DNA of 63,703 bases, filler included, from Reclinomonas americana ATCC 50394 (GCA_048213135.1; 19 parts of 19 records of this genome joined end to end with filler, not necessarily neighbours in it); one strand, 5' to 3'. Shown: positions 10,068 to 22,362, numbered from the whole stretch's first letter. Program-made: numbers and translations. Notes: generated by a model from the sequence alone, not told the origin.

Positions 10068-10835
10068 ATGCAGGCTGACACCCGGCACCAGCGGATTCTC
10101 GACCTCCTGATGCGACGCGGCTATGCCGGCATCGACGAGCTCACCATCGCCTTTGGAGTGACGCCGCAGACGATCAGGCGCGATCTGCAGGAGCTCGCCG
10201 ACAAGGGCCTCCTGCGCCGCCGCCATGGCGGCGCGAGCGTCTCGTCCAGTACCGCCAACACTGATTATGCGCGCCGGCATGTCGAGAACGCGGAAGCGAA
10301 GGCGCGCATCGCATGGGCCGCTGCCGATCTCATCGCGCCGGATTCCTCGCTCTTCCTGACCGCGGGCACCACCATGGAGGCCGCTGCCGAGGCGATTGCG
10401 AAGTCCGCGAGCGGCAGCCTGCGCGTGGTCACCAACAGCACCACCGCAGCCCGCACGCTCGGCCGCAATCCTGCTGTCTCGGTCCTCGTCACAGGCGGAA
10501 CCTGGATGACGAACAACGAGGCCCTGGCCGGTCCGGCAGCGGCCGACTTTGCCGACCGCTATCGCTGCGACGTGATGATGACGAGCTGCGGCGGCATCGA
10601 TCCCGACGGCTGGCTGCTGGAATTCCGCGACGAGGAGGTGGTGACGGCCAAGGCGATGCTGGCCAATGCCCGCCGCCGTGTCCTTCTCGTCGATCACACC
10701 AAGTTCGCGCGGGTCGCGTCCTGCAAGCTCGCTCATCTCGAGGAGATGACCACGATCGTGACCGATCGGGCGCCCGGCCAGGAGATGACCCGTCTCATCA
10801 CGCGCGCGAAATGCGAGCTGATCGTCGCGCGTTGA
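10068..10835 (+). CDS. DeoR/GlpR family transcriptional regulator
   Basis: HTH VTPQTIRRDL, RRHGGA, GTT, VVTNS, DHTKF. Confidence 0.93.
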   Translation: MQADTRHQRILDLLMRRGYAGIDELTIAFGVTPQTIRRDLQELADKGLLRRRHGGASVSSSTANTDYARRHVENAEAKARIAWAAADLIAPDSSLFLTAGTTMEAAAEAIAKSASGSLRVVTNSTTAARTLGRNPAVSVLVTGGTWMTNNEALAGPAAADFADRYRCDVMMTSCGGIDPDGWLLEFRDEEVVTAKAMLANARRRVLLVDHTKFARVASCKLAHLEEMTTIVTDRAPGQEMTRLITRAKCELIVAR

Positions 10836-10984
10836 TGCGCGGCATCCTGCAGGCGAACCACCGCCGGGGCGCCGGTACGATCAGCGGGCGCAGGATCGCA
10901 GATCGTGGCAGCGGCGAATTCGCGGATGGGATGCCGGCTCGGTGGCTCGCCGTGTCCGAGACAGCGAAAGGCGGGTGATCGAGC

Positions 10985-11907
10985 CTATCCGGCGCCCTGC
11001 CTTTCCGCAAAAATCCAGCCCTTGCCCGAGGGCTTGGCTCGCCCCTCCGCTTGCAGCTTGAGGAGATGGGCAGTGACGTTGCGCTCGGCCGCCTGGCGCA
11101 GCCAGGGGTGGGTCTGTGAATAGAGCTTGTCGACCAGCTCGCGTGGCGTGACCGCGCCGTCGCGCAAGGCTTCGGCGATCGCCTCCTCGCGCCTGATCCG
11201 GTAGTCGAGCAGTTCCTGGATATAGGGCGCCGCATCCGATAGCGGCGGCCCATGCCCCGGCAGCAGCAGCCGGTCGCGCCGCGCCAGCAGGCGCCGCAGG
11301 CTCCGGAAATAGGCGGCCATGTCGCCCCCCGGGGGCGATACGACGCTGCTCGACCAGCTCATGACATGGTCGGCGCTGAAGACGACGCCGTCGGGGCGGG
11401 CGAAGCAGAGATGGTCGCTGGCGTGGCCGGGCGTATGCAGGCAGGCCATGCCGGCAACCATGCCGCCGTCCTCAAGCGGCACGTCCGGCTGGAAGGCCGG
11501 ATCGGCACTGCGGTGGAAGGCGAAGGTCCTGGCGCCCGTCCGCGCTTTCAGCGCCGCCAGCGCGCCAAGATGATCGGAATGGCTGTGGCTGAGCAGGATC
11601 GCTGCGACGCAGCCCTCGGTCGCCTCGAGGATGGCCTGGACATGGCCCGCATCGTCCGGCCCGGGATCGAGGACGACCACGCCCTCTCCCGCCTCGATCA
11701 GATAGGTGTTGGTACCGTGATAGGTCATCAGGCCGGCATTGGGCGCAACGATGCGCCTGATGCCTGGCGCGACGGTGGTTGCACGCCCGCGCTCCGGTTC
11801 CGGCTCGGTCAGATAGGGCAAGATCGCTTCCCCGGCCGTCGCGGAATGCTGCCGCACCGGGCTGTGGCGCCGGCGCTCGACGCGATGCGACCCCGCACGC
11901 CTCAACG
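10985..11907 (-). CDS. MBL-fold metallo-hydrolase (start uncertain, contig edge)
   Basis: SHSHSDH, HTPGHASDH, SADHVM, LPGHG. Confidence 0.9.
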
Positions 11908-12007
11908 NNNNNNNNNNNNNNNNNNNNNNNNNNNNNNNNNNNNNNNNNNNNTTAATTAATTAANNNNNNNNNNNNNNNNNNNNNNNNNNNNNNNNNNNNN
12001 NNNNNNN

Positions 12008-12524
12008 CCGGCCCGCCGCCGGCCTGCGTCCGCCAGGGCGCTGCCTTGAAATAGGCCTCCGGCTTGTGCACCGCCCAGATCGCGGAGACGCCGACGAGAT
12101 CGCCGATCCGGCCCTCGTTCAGCAGGGCGCGCAAGGTCGCGACCTGGCGATGATGGCGGCGATGATGGCCGACCAGCGAGCGGATGTGGGCGGCCCGGGT
12201 CGCCTCGATCAGCGCAGTCGCCGTTTCAAGCCTGTCGGTGACCGGCTTCTCGATCAGGATGTGGATGCCGCGGCGTGCGCATTCGATGCCGTTCTCGGCA
12301 TGGAGCTGGTTGGGCGAGGCGATGATCACGGCGTCCGGCCGGGCCTCGTCGAGCATCGCGCGATAGTCGGCGAAGACGCGCGCATCGGGGTTCTCGGCTG
12401 CGACCTGCTCGGCGTTGAGGTCGGCGATCCCCGCCAGCTCGAAGTCGGGATGCGCGGCGATCTTAGCCAGGTGCTTGCGTCCGATCAGCCCGGCGCCGAT
12501 CACGCCGATTGCGATGGTCTTCAT
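12008..12524 (-). CDS. Gfo/Idh/MocA oxidoreductase, N-terminal part
   Basis: GAGLIG, IEKP, VGHHRRH. Confidence 0.92.
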
Positions 12525-12564
12525 GGTCCCATAGCTCCTGTGAACGCCCTGCGCTTATCACGCT

Positions 12565-13461
12565 TCAGCGCTTGCGCTTGCCATCCTCGGCCAGCAGTTC
12601 CTTGCGCGCCTTGGCCATGACCTTGCGGGCCTCGTCGTCGACCACGGGGAACTGCGGATCCAGCTTCTCCAGCCGGTCGACGATCGTTGCGGCGACGATC
12701 AGGCGGGTGAACCATTTGTTGTCGGCGGGAACGACATGCCAGGGCGCATGCTTGGTCGCCGTCTCGGCGATCGCGTCCTGATAGGCGGCTTGGTAGTCGT
12801 CCCAGTGCTTGCGCTCGGCGAGGTCGGCCGGCTCGAACTTCCAGTTCTTGTCGGGCTCGTCGATGCGTGACAGGAAGCGCCGGCGCTGTTCGTCCTTCGA
12901 CAGATTGAGGAAGAACTTCAGCACGACCGTGCCGTTGCGCGCCAGATGCTTCTCGAAATCGCGGATGCTCTCGAAGCGGTCGCGCCAGACATGCTTGCCG
13001 ATCAGCTTGGGCGGCAGGCCCTGCTTGCGCAGCAGCTCCTCATGCACGCGGACGACCAGTACCTCCTCGTAATAGGAGCGGTTGAAGATGCCGATCTCGC
13101 CGCGCTCCGGCAGCGCGCAAGTAGTCCGCCAGAGGAAGTCGTGGCGCAGCTCCAGCGAGCTCGGCGCCTTGAACGAGGTGACCTCGCAGCCCTGCGGATT
13201 GACCCCGGACATGACGTGCTCGATCGTCCCGTCCTTGCCGGCTGTATCGATCGCCTGCAGCACGATCAGCACCGACCAGCGCTTCTCCGCGAAGAGCCGC
13301 TCCTGCAGATCGCGCAGGCGCTTGACGCCGGTCTGCAGCAGCTCGCTTGCGCCATTCTTGTCGAGAGCAAGACCGCAGGTCTCGCCGGGGTCGAAGCGCT
13401 TCAGCTTGAAGTCATCGCCGTCCGTGACCCTGAAGCGCTTGACCATCTCGTCGGGCAGCAT
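12565..13461 (-). CDS. ppk2: Polyphosphate kinase 2 family protein (probably class III)
   Basis: AIDTAGKDG Walker A, FKAPS, FNRSYYE, KNWKF, PWHVVPADNK. Confidence 0.93.
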   Translation of the reverse strand: MLPDEMVKRFRVTDGDDFKLKRFDPGETCGLALDKNGASELLQTGVKRLRDLQERLFAEKRWSVLIVLQAIDTAGKDGTIEHVMSGVNPQGCEVTSFKAPSSLELRHDFLWRTTCALPERGEIGIFNRSYYEEVLVVRVHEELLRKQGLPPKLIGKHVWRDRFESIRDFEKHLARNGTVVLKFFLNLSKDEQRRRFLSRIDEPDKNWKFEPADLAERKHWDDYQAAYQDAIAETATKHAPWHVVPADNKWFTRLIVAATIVDRLEKLDPQFPVVDDEARKVMAKARKELLAEDGKRKR

Positions 13462-13537
13462 GCCTGGCGTCTCCTCACTGAAAGAACTCTGTTCAATCTG
13501 TCGCCTCGTCGCCGATTGTCCAGCCTCGCAGCCGCAA

Positions 13538-14530
13538 TCAGACGATCAGCTCCGCCACTGGCAGCCGGACTCGCCCTGCAGCAAGCGCGCCCGCGGCGAG
13601 GCCGAGCCTGAAGACGTTGACCAGGCGGCGCCCCGTTGGAACGCAATATCGTTCGACAAGTTGCCGATTGCTCGCCGGCCAGTCGGCCAGCACCGAGACC
13701 GGACAGGCGGCGAGCCCCTGCGCGGTCAGCATCAGCCAGGCGCGATAGAAGGCACGCCCGGTCGTGAGCGGGTCCTCGCCTTCGGGCCGATGGAAGAGTG
13801 CGACGGCGGAGTTCGCGAACTTTCCGCGCTCGCTAACGAGCGTCGCGGCAAGGCCGAGCCGACGCAGCAGTGGGAACAGCGGACCGAGAACGAGCCTGGT
13901 CCCCAATGCGACGACGCCCGGCATCGCCATCGCCTCGGCGCTGAGCCCATCGCGCTCATATGAAGAATCGGATCGCGACAGCCGCATCCAGCGCAGCAAT
14001 TCAGCACGATGGGCGTCGTCGCAGAGGAAATGGAAGCCGGCCTCGTCGGCGAGCTGGGCGATTTGGGTGACGGCCGGCGGATCACGAACCAGCACGAGGT
14101 CGGTCGAGGAGGTCGGCAGCCCCTCCAACACCGCTTCGCCGGCTGGATCGAAGGCACGAAACCCGCCACGCCAGCTCGCCCGGGTGGAGACGAAATCCGC
14201 CAGCCCATCGAGCTCGCCGCCAGCTGCGACGTCAATGCGCGCGACGGGCTGCAAGCCGTCCGACACCGTGACGTCGGTCAGCGGCTCGACCTGTGCGATC
14301 TGCAGCCCACGCCGGCCCAGCGCCAGTGACAATCCCTCGAGCGCCGCGCCATGCGAGAGCCGAACGTCGTGCCCTGAGGGGTCGGCAGCCGGCAGGCGTC
14401 GTGATACGTCCTCCAGCAGGAGCAGCCTATCGTCGCCGGGCAGCCGCCAGCGTGTCGGCTGGATATTGTGGACGCTGGGCGCCAGCCGGACCTCGGCGAG
14501 CAGCTCTTCGAGCAAAAGGCGATCGAGCAT
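13538..14530 (-). CDS. Acg-type nitroreductase-like FMN-binding protein
   Basis: LAPSVHNIQPTRW, LPAADP...SHGAALE, GRAFYRAWL, VFRLG. Confidence 0.8.
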   Translation of the reverse strand: MLDRLLLEELLAEVRLAPSVHNIQPTRWRLPGDDRLLLLEDVSRRLPAADPSGHDVRLSHGAALEGLSLALGRRGLQIAQVEPLTDVTVSDGLQPVARIDVAAGGELDGLADFVSTRASWRGGFRAFDPAGEAVLEGLPTSSTDLVLVRDPPAVTQIAQLADEAGFHFLCDDAHRAELLRWMRLSRSDSSYERDGLSAEAMAMPGVVALGTRLVLGPLFPLLRRLGLAATLVSERGKFANSAVALFHRPEGEDPLTTGRAFYRAWLMLTAQGLAACPVSVLADWPASNRQLVERYCVPTGRRLVNVFRLGLAAGALAAGRVRLPVAELIV

Positions 14531-14535
14531 CCTCG

Positions 14536-15651
14536 TCAGCCCCGCAGGCTCTTGGCGAAGAGATGAAGCCGGTGCAGCGGCTTCGCCCCCGCCTTCTCGG
14601 CTTGCCGCAGACTGGGCCCGTTGACGTCGGCGATCCAGGTGCCGCCGAGCTCGTCATAGCCGGCGGCCTTCAGCGCGCTCGTCACCTTGTAGAGCATGGC
14701 GCCGTTGAGCCCGCGATTATGGAAGGCGCGGCTGACCGACTGGTAGACGATGACGGCACGCCGGTTGGTCCAGCGATGCCAGAGGAAGCGGAAAGGAAAA
14801 CTCGGGCCGATGCGCCCGCCAGCCGCTTTCACCAGCGGGTTGAGATCGGGGATCGCGATGATCGCACCGACCGGCTCGCCCTGGTGGTGCACCACGGTCG
14901 AGATGCGCTTGTCGATCACCCACATCATGTCGCCGGCCTGGAAGCGGTATTCCTCGGCGGTCGGCGGCACGAACATCGGGTTGGCCTCGAAGCCGTCATT
15001 GAGGATCAGGCGCGACTCTTCCAGCCGTTCGGCGAAATGCCGGCGGTCGATCGGCATCCAGCGATAATCGGGATCGGCGAGGATCGCCTTCTGCTTATCG
15101 CCGAGCAGCCCGGCCGGGTCGACATCGCCCAGCGCGATCCGGAAGGTCGTCATCGGAAAAGTCGGGGCATAGCCGTTGGCTTCCAGCAGCCGCGCGACAT
15201 GCGGCGGGCTGAAGAGCATGTCGGTGAAGGGGGCGTTCTCGAAGCCGCCGGTGACGATGCCAGCCTGCTGCATCGCGGTCAGATTGAAGTTGCCGACCAG
15301 CTCCGCCATACCGCGCTCGCGCGCCCAGCTCTCGGCAGCCCTGAGCAGGGTCGAGGCGACCTCGGGGTCATCGGCGCAGTCGAAATATCCGAACTGGGCC
15401 CGGGCAGTGCCATGGCGCGCATTCGAGGCGTCATGGATCGTCGCGACGATGCGTCCGAGCGGCCGCCCGTCGCGCACCGCCGTGAACAGCTCGAAGCGGC
15501 CATGCCCGTCCTTGACCAGCGGATTGCGCGCGGGATCGAGCATGCGGTCGAAATCGGACCACATCGGCGGCACATAGGGGCTGTCGGCCGGATAGGCCTC
15601 TGCCGTGACGGCGAAGGCGGCCTTGCGGTCGTTGCTGGTGATCTCGATCAT
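14536..15651 (-). CDS. YghO-like tandem GNAT acyltransferase
   Basis: YVPPMWSD...NP, GRIVA, FGYFDCADD, FHNRGL, TWIADVN; ATG at 15651 overlaps the upstream stop. Confidence 0.78.
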   Translation of the reverse strand: MIEITSNDRKAAFAVTAEAYPADSPYVPPMWSDFDRMLDPARNPLVKDGHGRFELFTAVRDGRPLGRIVATIHDASNARHGTARAQFGYFDCADDPEVASTLLRAAESWARERGMAELVGNFNLTAMQQAGIVTGGFENAPFTDMLFSPPHVARLLEANGYAPTFPMTTFRIALGDVDPAGLLGDKQKAILADPDYRWMPIDRRHFAERLEESRLILNDGFEANPMFVPPTAEEYRFQAGDMMWVIDKRISTVVHHQGEPVGAIIAIPDLNPLVKAAGGRIGPSFPFRFLWHRWTNRRAVIVYQSVSRAFHNRGLNGAMLYKVTSALKAAGYDELGGTWIADVNGPSLRQAEKAGAKPLHRLHLFAKSLRG

Positions 15652-16020
15652 GCCGGAGCCTTGCTCGGTGCGCTCGCCAGCAACCGGCGCACCAGCACCA
15701 ATGCCGTCTCGGTGGCGGGATCGGCCGAGACCACCGGCACGGTGACCAGCAGCAGATCGAGCGGCTCCTCGCCGAGCACGAGCAGATGGCTGGCGGAATG
15801 GGTCGCCATGAGTGCCGCGAGCCGCTCCGCCGCAGGGTCGGCCGGCGGCCAGGGCCAACTCCGGCCGGAGGCGTGGAGCACGCCGATCTCTCGCAGTGCC
15901 GGCTTCAGGATGGCCGGGTCGTAATCGGCGAGCTCCGCCTCACTGAGGCGGTGGGCGTTGCTGAACAGCGGATGCCCAGCGAGCTGGGCGATCAACGCCT
16001 CCCGCGTCTGGGCTCGCTCG
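15648..16020 (-). CDS. Hypothetical protein, C-terminal part (contig edge)
   Basis: Frame open to the contig edge; ATGA coupling with the GNAT gene. Confidence 0.6.
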
Positions 16021-16120
16021 NNNNNNNNNNNNNNNNNNNNNNNNNNNNNNNNNNNNNNNNNNNNTTAATTAATTAANNNNNNNNNNNNNNNNNNNNNNNN
16101 NNNNNNNNNNNNNNNNNNNN

Positions 16121-16459
16121 ACGGTGCGCGTGTGGTCGCTGGCGAGTGGCGAGCTCGAGGAAGTGTGCCGGTTGGAGGGGCACACTGGATGGGTGAGGTC
16201 TGTCGCCATTACTCCCGATGGGCAACACATAGTGAGCGGCAGTGGAGACGAGACCATTCGCGTGTGGTCCTCGCCGCTTGGCCTCGCTCGGCACGAACTC
16301 GATGCCACACGGTTGGCTTTGCGCGCGGTCCACGAGATGCAGGAAGAGGGCGAAGAGGATCCACGGTGCTTGGCGGAGATTGTGCTACGCTGCTTCTTGG
16401 TCGAGGATGCCGAGGTCATTGTTCATCGGTGTTTTACCGACGACAGTCTCCGTTTGTAG
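16121..16459 (+). CDS. WD40-array gene W1 (3' part: last blade plus conserved tail)
   Basis: [18 protein letters not shown]...RVWS followed by the [11 protein letters not shown]...CFLVEDAEV tail. Confidence 0.88.
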   Translation, partial: TVRVWSLASGELEEVCRLEGHTGWVRSVAITPDGQHIVSGSGDETIRVWSSPLGLARHELDATRLALRAVHEMQEEGEEDPRCLAEIVLRCFLVEDAEVIVHRCFTDDSLRL

Positions 16460-16518
16460 AAAAGTGAAGGTTCTGTTGAGGGCTTGTTTTCTCTATCTTT
16501 CTCTGCATTCTCATTGTT

Positions 16519-16546
16519 CAAGATAGCCCCGTGAGGTCAGTTGTTA
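16519..16546 (+). promoter_or_regulatory. Conserved intergenic motif CA(A/G)GATRGCCCC-GTGAGGTCA-TTGTTA upstream of WD40 genes
   Basis: Variants recur at about 17887, 30416, 32089, 33397, 35105 and 36474, in both spacer types. Confidence 0.4.
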
Positions 16547-16669
16547 GATGAAAGCAGTAAGCATTCCTGCAGCAGTCTTGATGGTGGGTGGGAGCTCGAG
16601 GCGGAGAAGATGAATTTTCGTGCCAACGAACCACTTTACTTCTCTTCTCTTCGCACGCACGCAAACAAC

Positions 16670-17753
16670 ATGTCTTCACCTCGCCCGTCTCTCTCGTGCA
16701 AGTACTGGGATGGACACACAAGTGAGGTGTTGTCCATCGCCGTCACTCCCGATGGCCACTTCATCGTGAGTGCCAGTGACGACAAAACTGTGCGTGTGTG
16801 GTGCATGAGGAGTGGCGAGGAAGTGCGAAGGTTGCAGGGACACACAGACTTTGTGCGGTCGATTGCCATCACTCCCGATGGTCGCCACATTGTGAGCGGA
16901 GGCTTTGACAAGACAGTGCGTGTGTGGTCTCTGGAGAGTGGGGAGGAGGTGCGACGATTGGTGGGACACACTGACCTCGTGTGGTCTGTCGCCATCACTC
17001 CCGACGGACAACACATCGTCAGTGGTAGCGCTGATGAGACTGTGCGTGTGTGGTCACTGGCGACTGGACGGGAAGTGCGAAGGTTGGAGGGACACACGGA
17101 CTTGGTGCGGTGTGTTGCTGTCACTCCCGATGGGCAGCATGTTGTCAGTTGCGGCGGATTCCTGGATGACACAGTGCGTGTGTGGTCGATGGAGACTGGA
17201 GAAGAGGTGCGACGGCTGGTGGGTCACACCGCCTCCGTGTTGTCTGTTGCCGTCACGCCCGATGGTCTGCATGTGGTGAGTGGGAGTTGGGACAAGATCG
17301 TGCGTGTGTGGTCACTGGCGAGAGGAGAAGAAGTGCGACGGTTTGTGGGTCACACAAAGGCAGTTTTCCTTGTCGCTGTCACTCCTAATGGTCAACACGT
17401 GGTGAGTGGGGGCGACGACAGGACGGTGCGAGTGTGGTCACTGGCGAGTGGCGAGGAAGTGCACCGGTTGGAGGGACACTGGCAAGTTGCTGTCTTCTGT
17501 CGCCGTCGCTCCCGATGGGCAGCGGATTGTGAGTGCAGGCGGTAGAACAGTGCGTGTGTGGTCCTCGCCGCTTGGCCTCGCCCGCCAGGAACTCGATGCT
17601 GCACGGTCGGCTTTGCGCGTGGTGCACGAGATGCAGGAAGAGGGCGAAGAGAACCCACGGTGCTTGGCGGAGATCGTGCTGCGCTGCTTCTTGGTCGAGG
17701 ATGCCGAGGTCGTTGTTCATCGATGCTCTATCGACGACGGTCTTCGGTTGTAG
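16670..17753 (+). pseudogene. WD40-array gene W2, 7 blades plus tail; +1 frameshift near 17485 (real or sequencing error)
   Basis: ATG TCT TCA CCT CGC start; blades in one frame to ~17480, tail in another frame to TAG 17753. Confidence 0.8.
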
Positions 17754-18071
17754 GGCCATCGGGTTGGTGTGCTTGTTTCTCTTCTTTTCTCCTCTCTCTC
17801 TTCCTCCCTCCTTCCCTCCCTCCCTCCCTCCCCTTCCCTCTCTGCTTCTCTCTGTCTCTATTTTGTCTCGCGCCGTTCTCCTTGCTCAGGATGGCCCCCG
17901 TGAGGTCTTGTTATTTGTAAGCAATAAATAGTCACGCAGCAGTGTTGGTGGTGGGCTTGATGCCGTCAATCGAAGGAGGAGAGTGGCAAATGAGAGAGAC
18001 GAAGGCGGAGAGGAGGAAATTTTGTGCCAAACTCATCTCTTCTCTTCTCTTCGCCCGCGCACGCGAACACC

Positions 18072-18743
18072 ATGTCCTCACCTCGCCCGTCTCTCCTATG
18101 CAAGTGCTTGCATGGACATAGTGCCGAGGTGAACTCTGTCGCCGTCACGCCCGATGGCCACGTCATTGTGAGTACTAGTGAAGATATGACTGTGCGAGTG
18201 TGGTCGCTGGCGCGTGGAGATGTAGTGCGACGATTGGGGGGGCGCACCGACCTGGTGCNNNNNNNNNNNNNNNNNNNNNNNNNNNNNNNNNNNNNNNNNN
18301 NNTTAATTAATTAANNNNNNNNNNNNNNNNNNNNNNNNNNNNNNNNNNNNNNNNNNNNCGAGTGGCGAGGAAGTGCACCGGTTGGAGGGGCACTCTGACA
18401 TGGTGCTGTCTGTCGCCGTCACCCCTAATGGTCAACACGTGGTGAGTGGGGGCGACGACAGGACGGTGCGAGTGTGGTCACTGGCGAGTGGCGAGGAAGT
18501 GCTACGGTTGGAGGGGCACACTGGATGGGTGAGGTCTGTCGCCATTACTCCCGATGAGCAACACATAGTGAGCGGCAGTGGAGACAGCACAATGCGTGTG
18601 TGGTCCACGCCGCTTGGCCTCGCACGACAGGAACTCGATGCCGCACGGTTGGCTTTGCGCGCGGTCCACGAGATGCAAGAAGAGGGTGAAGAAAATCCAC
18701 GGTGTTTGGCGGAGATCGTGGTGCGATGCTTCTTAGTCGAGGA
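18072..18743 (+). pseudogene. WD40-array gene W3 (spans a linker); tail cut at CFLVED by foreign sequence
   Basis: ATG 18072; paralog homology ends abruptly at gtcgagga|cctacac (18743). Confidence 0.8.
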
Positions 18744-20169
18744 CCTACACGACATCAGGACTTTCACACTGTCTAAATGTGCTCAGCACACCATTTCTGC
18801 TGTCCGTTTATTCGGCCGTTGACGACGTCGGGCACTTCCACCACAGCGTATGACCACAACACCATGTGCGCTGTGTTAGGCATACAATGAACACCAATAC
18901 CCCCTGAAGAGAACATCACCAGCTGTTGCAGAACACAGCAAAAACGCGTCCGAAGTTCCCCTCACACTCACATACGAAGGCACTTTCGCATGCTCCCCAG
19001 ACCCTACCACGCAGTGCAACGTGATCCGCAGTATGTCCTTTACAATATGCACCAGGCTACGTGACAAGACGGCACCAGCGTGAGGCATAATGCACCTGAC
19101 ACCGATGCGAACACTGTCACATTACATTGGCTGTCTAGAACACAGTGTCGATGAGCCTCTGCAGTCTCAGCGTGGTCCCCTCGTGTTAGCGACCTGGTTG
19201 AAATGGCCGCCGCCATGCGCGCAGCAGGTCGACCTGCAGATCACATTTCCTCGCCTATGTGCGAGGTGCTACCTACCTCTCACCAAAATGTGCTCGACTC
19301 ACCATCTGTAGACTGACACAGCAAGAGATCATTGCAGGAACCTTCGCGCAGGGGGGCGGCTGTGCTGCGATCTTGCCAGCAGTCTCGCCGACCTGTGTGC
19401 AAAGAAGAGCGCTTGAAAGCGCCGTCGGGCACGGAGTATCCGGTGATTGTGCCCAGTCACCATTTGTGCTCTATTGGCCATTCGGATGACTTCATTCCAC
19501 TGATGTTCTGCAATGGCCCAGACGTCTGCTGCGCGTGCAACACTTTGCACTAGCACTGGTGGCAGGAAGGGATGCGCGCAGGTGGTCAGCAGGCTTATTT
19601 GCATGCACACACACCCGGTGTCAAGTCATCACCACCGCCTCGATTTCCGTCATATACGACACAGAGTCAGTGGTGGAGTGCACCGATGGAGACATCTTGG
19701 CTTGCGTCAGAAAAACACACCATTGAGGCTAAGCAGGGCCAGCACTTGCCAGGCGTCGACTGCCAGCAGAAAATCCATCATCACACACAAGTACACATCG
19801 GTTTCATTGCCTCAGTCACTGACAAGCACAGCACTCACTCACAACGTGAGTTGTCTGCACGGTGACAACACCTCGTCGCTTGCATCTCTCCAAATAGGAG
19901 GATAGGCGCGCGCATGGTAGGTCAGCATCAACAGTGCGGCGAAGACGCCGGCGTGTTGGTGTGAAAGAGTCCAAACTACGAGCCTCGAAACGCTCTGAGG
20001 CAATGCTCGGATGTAGTGACCAGCAATTCGACGTGAGCACGCTGGGGACGACAGAGGGTCCTCGCATCGATGGTGCTGCTCCGCACAGGGATCGACGCAC
20101 GTGTGCATGACGCGCGAGACGATGCAACAGTGTCGAACGACAGGCTCGCACTTCGCTGCCGTCTCTCGT

Positions 20170-20170
20170 C

Positions 20171-20209
<39 letters not shown>

Positions 20210-21050
20210 GCTCACTCACTCATTCACTCACTCTCAATCACTCTCACTCACCCATCATACTCCACTCACTCACTCACTCACCCACCCACCCACTCATAGT
20301 CCACTCACTCACTCACTCACTCGTACTCCACTAATACTCCACTCAGTACTCACTCACTCACTCACTTACTCATACCTCATCCACCCACCCACTCACCCAC
20401 CCACTCACCCACTCACTCACTCACTCACTCACTCACTCACTCACTCACTCACTCACCCACCCACCCACCCACCCACCCACTCACTCACTCACTCACTCAC
20501 TCACTCACTCATAGTCCACTCACTCACTCACTCACTTACTCATACCTCACCCACCCACCCACCCACCCACTCACTCACCCACCACCACCACCACTCACTC
20601 ACCACCACCACCACCACCACTNNNNNNNNNNNNNNNNNNNNNNNNNNNNNNNNNNNNNNNNNNNNTTAATTAATTAANNNNNNNNNNNNNNNNNNNNNNN
20701 NNNNNNNNNNNNNNNNNNNNNCACCCACCCACCCACCCACCCACTCACTCACCCACCCACCCACCCACCCACTCACTCACCCACCCACCCACCCACCCAC
20801 CCACTCACTCACTCACCCACCCACCCACCCACCCACCCACTCACTCACTCACTCACTCACTCACTCACTCACTCACAGTCCACTACTCACTCACTCACTT
20901 ACTCATACTTCACTCATCCACTCACCCACTCATCCACTCACTCATCCACTCACTCACTCACTCACTCACTCACTCACTCACTCACTCACTCACTCACTCA
21001 CTCACTCACTCATAGTCCACTCGCTCACTCACCCACTCACTCACTCGTTC
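20170..21050. repeat. (CACT)n/(CACC)n compound microsatellite field
   Basis: Directly visible; spans a linker. Confidence 0.95.
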
Positions 21051-22259
21051 ACTCTCCCTTCTATGCTCTCCCTCCCGTCTTACACTCTCCAGCAGTCAGA
21101 TCGACTACATATACCTGTGTGAGTGGCTGACGGGAGTGTGTGCCCACGGTCATCGTTGAGAACCAGCATATACTCGATCCTGAACCAACACGGCCTTCGT
21201 CAGCTACGTGATACAAGCCTTGCGCGAAGGGTAGTACTGCGGCGGCACAGTCAGTGAATTGCACTTAAGCCAACACTCGCATGTAAGAGAGTGACTGACC
21301 TGCAGGGGGGACTGTACACAACAAGGCCAAAGGGGACATCACACTGGCGAGTGCGCACATGAGCAGGGTGGAGCAAAGTGCTGGGCCACATGTCACGGGA
21401 AAATGGGCAACAAAGGCCCGGCGTGCAGAATGTGCACCTGTGTGAGAGGCCATGGGGAAGGAAACTGGGTGAGAACAATCGTGCGAGGATATGGGGCAAA
21501 GGGGTGACAGAGCAGGGAGAATACGAGCAGAAGCACAACAGTCGTGAACGAGTGGGTGCGTCGACGAGCGAGTTCGATTGCGTGAGGGCAACACGCACTC
21601 GAGTAGCTACTCAGTGACTGTGGCAACGGTAAACTCTCTCTCTCTCTCCCTCACACACACACACACACACGCACACACACACACACATTTGCACACACTG
21701 TCTCTCTGTCTCACACATACACACACGCACACGCACGCACGTTCACACAAGGAAAAGGTCGCAGGTGCAACGCGGCAAACGAGAGACGGTATGAGGATGA
21801 GCACCGAGGAAGAGGAGCATCGCTGTGTTGCCAGGGAGGGCACGTTCACCATTCACGGGTCAAGGGTGCACAGGAGGGAAGGATCGGCGAGTATGAGACA
21901 CAAGAGGAAACATCAAGACAGACTGCTAGAGGACGCTCACAGAACATGCAGTTACACTGAGAAACACGTTGGGCCAAGAGAACATACATACATACATACA
22001 TACAAATGATCGTGTTCACACGCACCGCACATACTAGGCTTATATCACACGTAGGTATACGCATAGTGACAACACATTGTAGATCAGACGTCTGATAGAG
22101 CGCCTAAAACGCGCATCATCTGACGATGGTGAGACATGAGTTACATGTGCAAAGCGCGTCTGTGTGAGTGTGGCAGCTAAGCATCGCCCCACACACAAAC
22201 ATACACACAGAGCTCGAGGCACAGAGAGAAGGGGGACAGAGACAGATACGGAGAGGCAC

Positions 22260-22362
<103 letters not shown>

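Noticed and set aside
16020..16121. Bacterium-to-eukaryote horizontal transfer junction
   Set aside because: The switch coincides with an artificial linker.
20170..21050. (CACT)n/(CACC)n as telomeric repeat or as His/Thr/Ser-rich ORFs
   Set aside because: Internal and heterogeneous, and the same units occur in introns; the ORFs are low-complexity artefacts.
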